Origin: Trichomonas gallinae
Taxonomy: Eukaryota
Assembly (NCBI GenBank): GCA_008369845.1
Contig: MRSU01003813.1
Location: forward strand, 1-62,635
Direction of reading: 5' to 3'
Length of the DNA stretch: 62,635 nt
In this document: positions 62,422-62,635 of the stretch, one piece after another
How the letters are laid out: every line of letters begins with the position of its first letter
How positions within the stretch are numbered: the first letter of the stretch is position 1
Translations under genes and position numbers: made by a program
Notes under the pieces: model-generated
Told to the model about the DNA's origin: nothing
What the model saw: only the letters and a program-made list of their open reading frames with translations
The model's database searches: none

Positions 62422-62635
62422 TTCCAATAAGTTGCTCAAAATTTTGAATTTTTTTCGATTAATTTCATTGTCATTATACTTGTTTTCTCTTTTAATAAAC
62501 AACCCACATGTTTTTAGTCACTTTCTTTGAGTTTTTAGTTTAATGATTTGATATGATAAAGGTACAATATATAAAATCTACACTTAATTTTTGGCTGAAA
62601 GTTGCACCATGTGTTATATGGCTCATAAGGGGCCT

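Noticed and set aside
1..62635. Transposable elements (Maverick, mariner, Mutator) and spliceosomal introns
   Set aside because: No transposase, integrase or polymerase ORFs, terminal inverted repeats, or ACTAACACACAG-type intron ends were seen.

Overview
This is AT-rich, gene-dense, essentially intron-free eukaryotic DNA, most consistent with Trichomonas vaginalis or a close trichomonad. The pointers are a BspA-like TpLRR surface protein, a TKL kinase, a 'loricrin-like' Gly-rich protein, and Inr (TCACT)/AAAGTGAC core-promoter motifs. The largest feature is missing from the ORF track because it has no stop inside the window: one minus-strand ORF from ATG 15119 running off the left edge (>5,039 aa). 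It is a coiled-coil protein built from at least 13 long modules, each carrying a motif resembling the dynein light chain LC8-binding consensus. The rest of the window holds about 26 intact genes, including CLASP-like, TKL and GSK3-like kinases, HRD1-like RING-H2 ligase, importin-beta-like, IMP3, Bfr2/AATF, DDB1-like, a non-catalytic thioredoxin-fold ER protein, BspA, CFAP91, tetraspanin and TFIIB. There are three disrupted loci: a divergent Hsp70-like gene, a small secreted-protein gene and a type I surface-protein gene. Intergenic DNA contains several degenerate tandem repeats, a recurrent candidate promoter motif TGNCATGTARA, ~20-bp-phased CCCCT arrays in two divergent promoters, and a possible H/ACA-like RNA. 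No rRNA, tRNA, CRISPR or recognisable transposon was seen. All identifications come from reading and translating the sequence by eye, without database searches.
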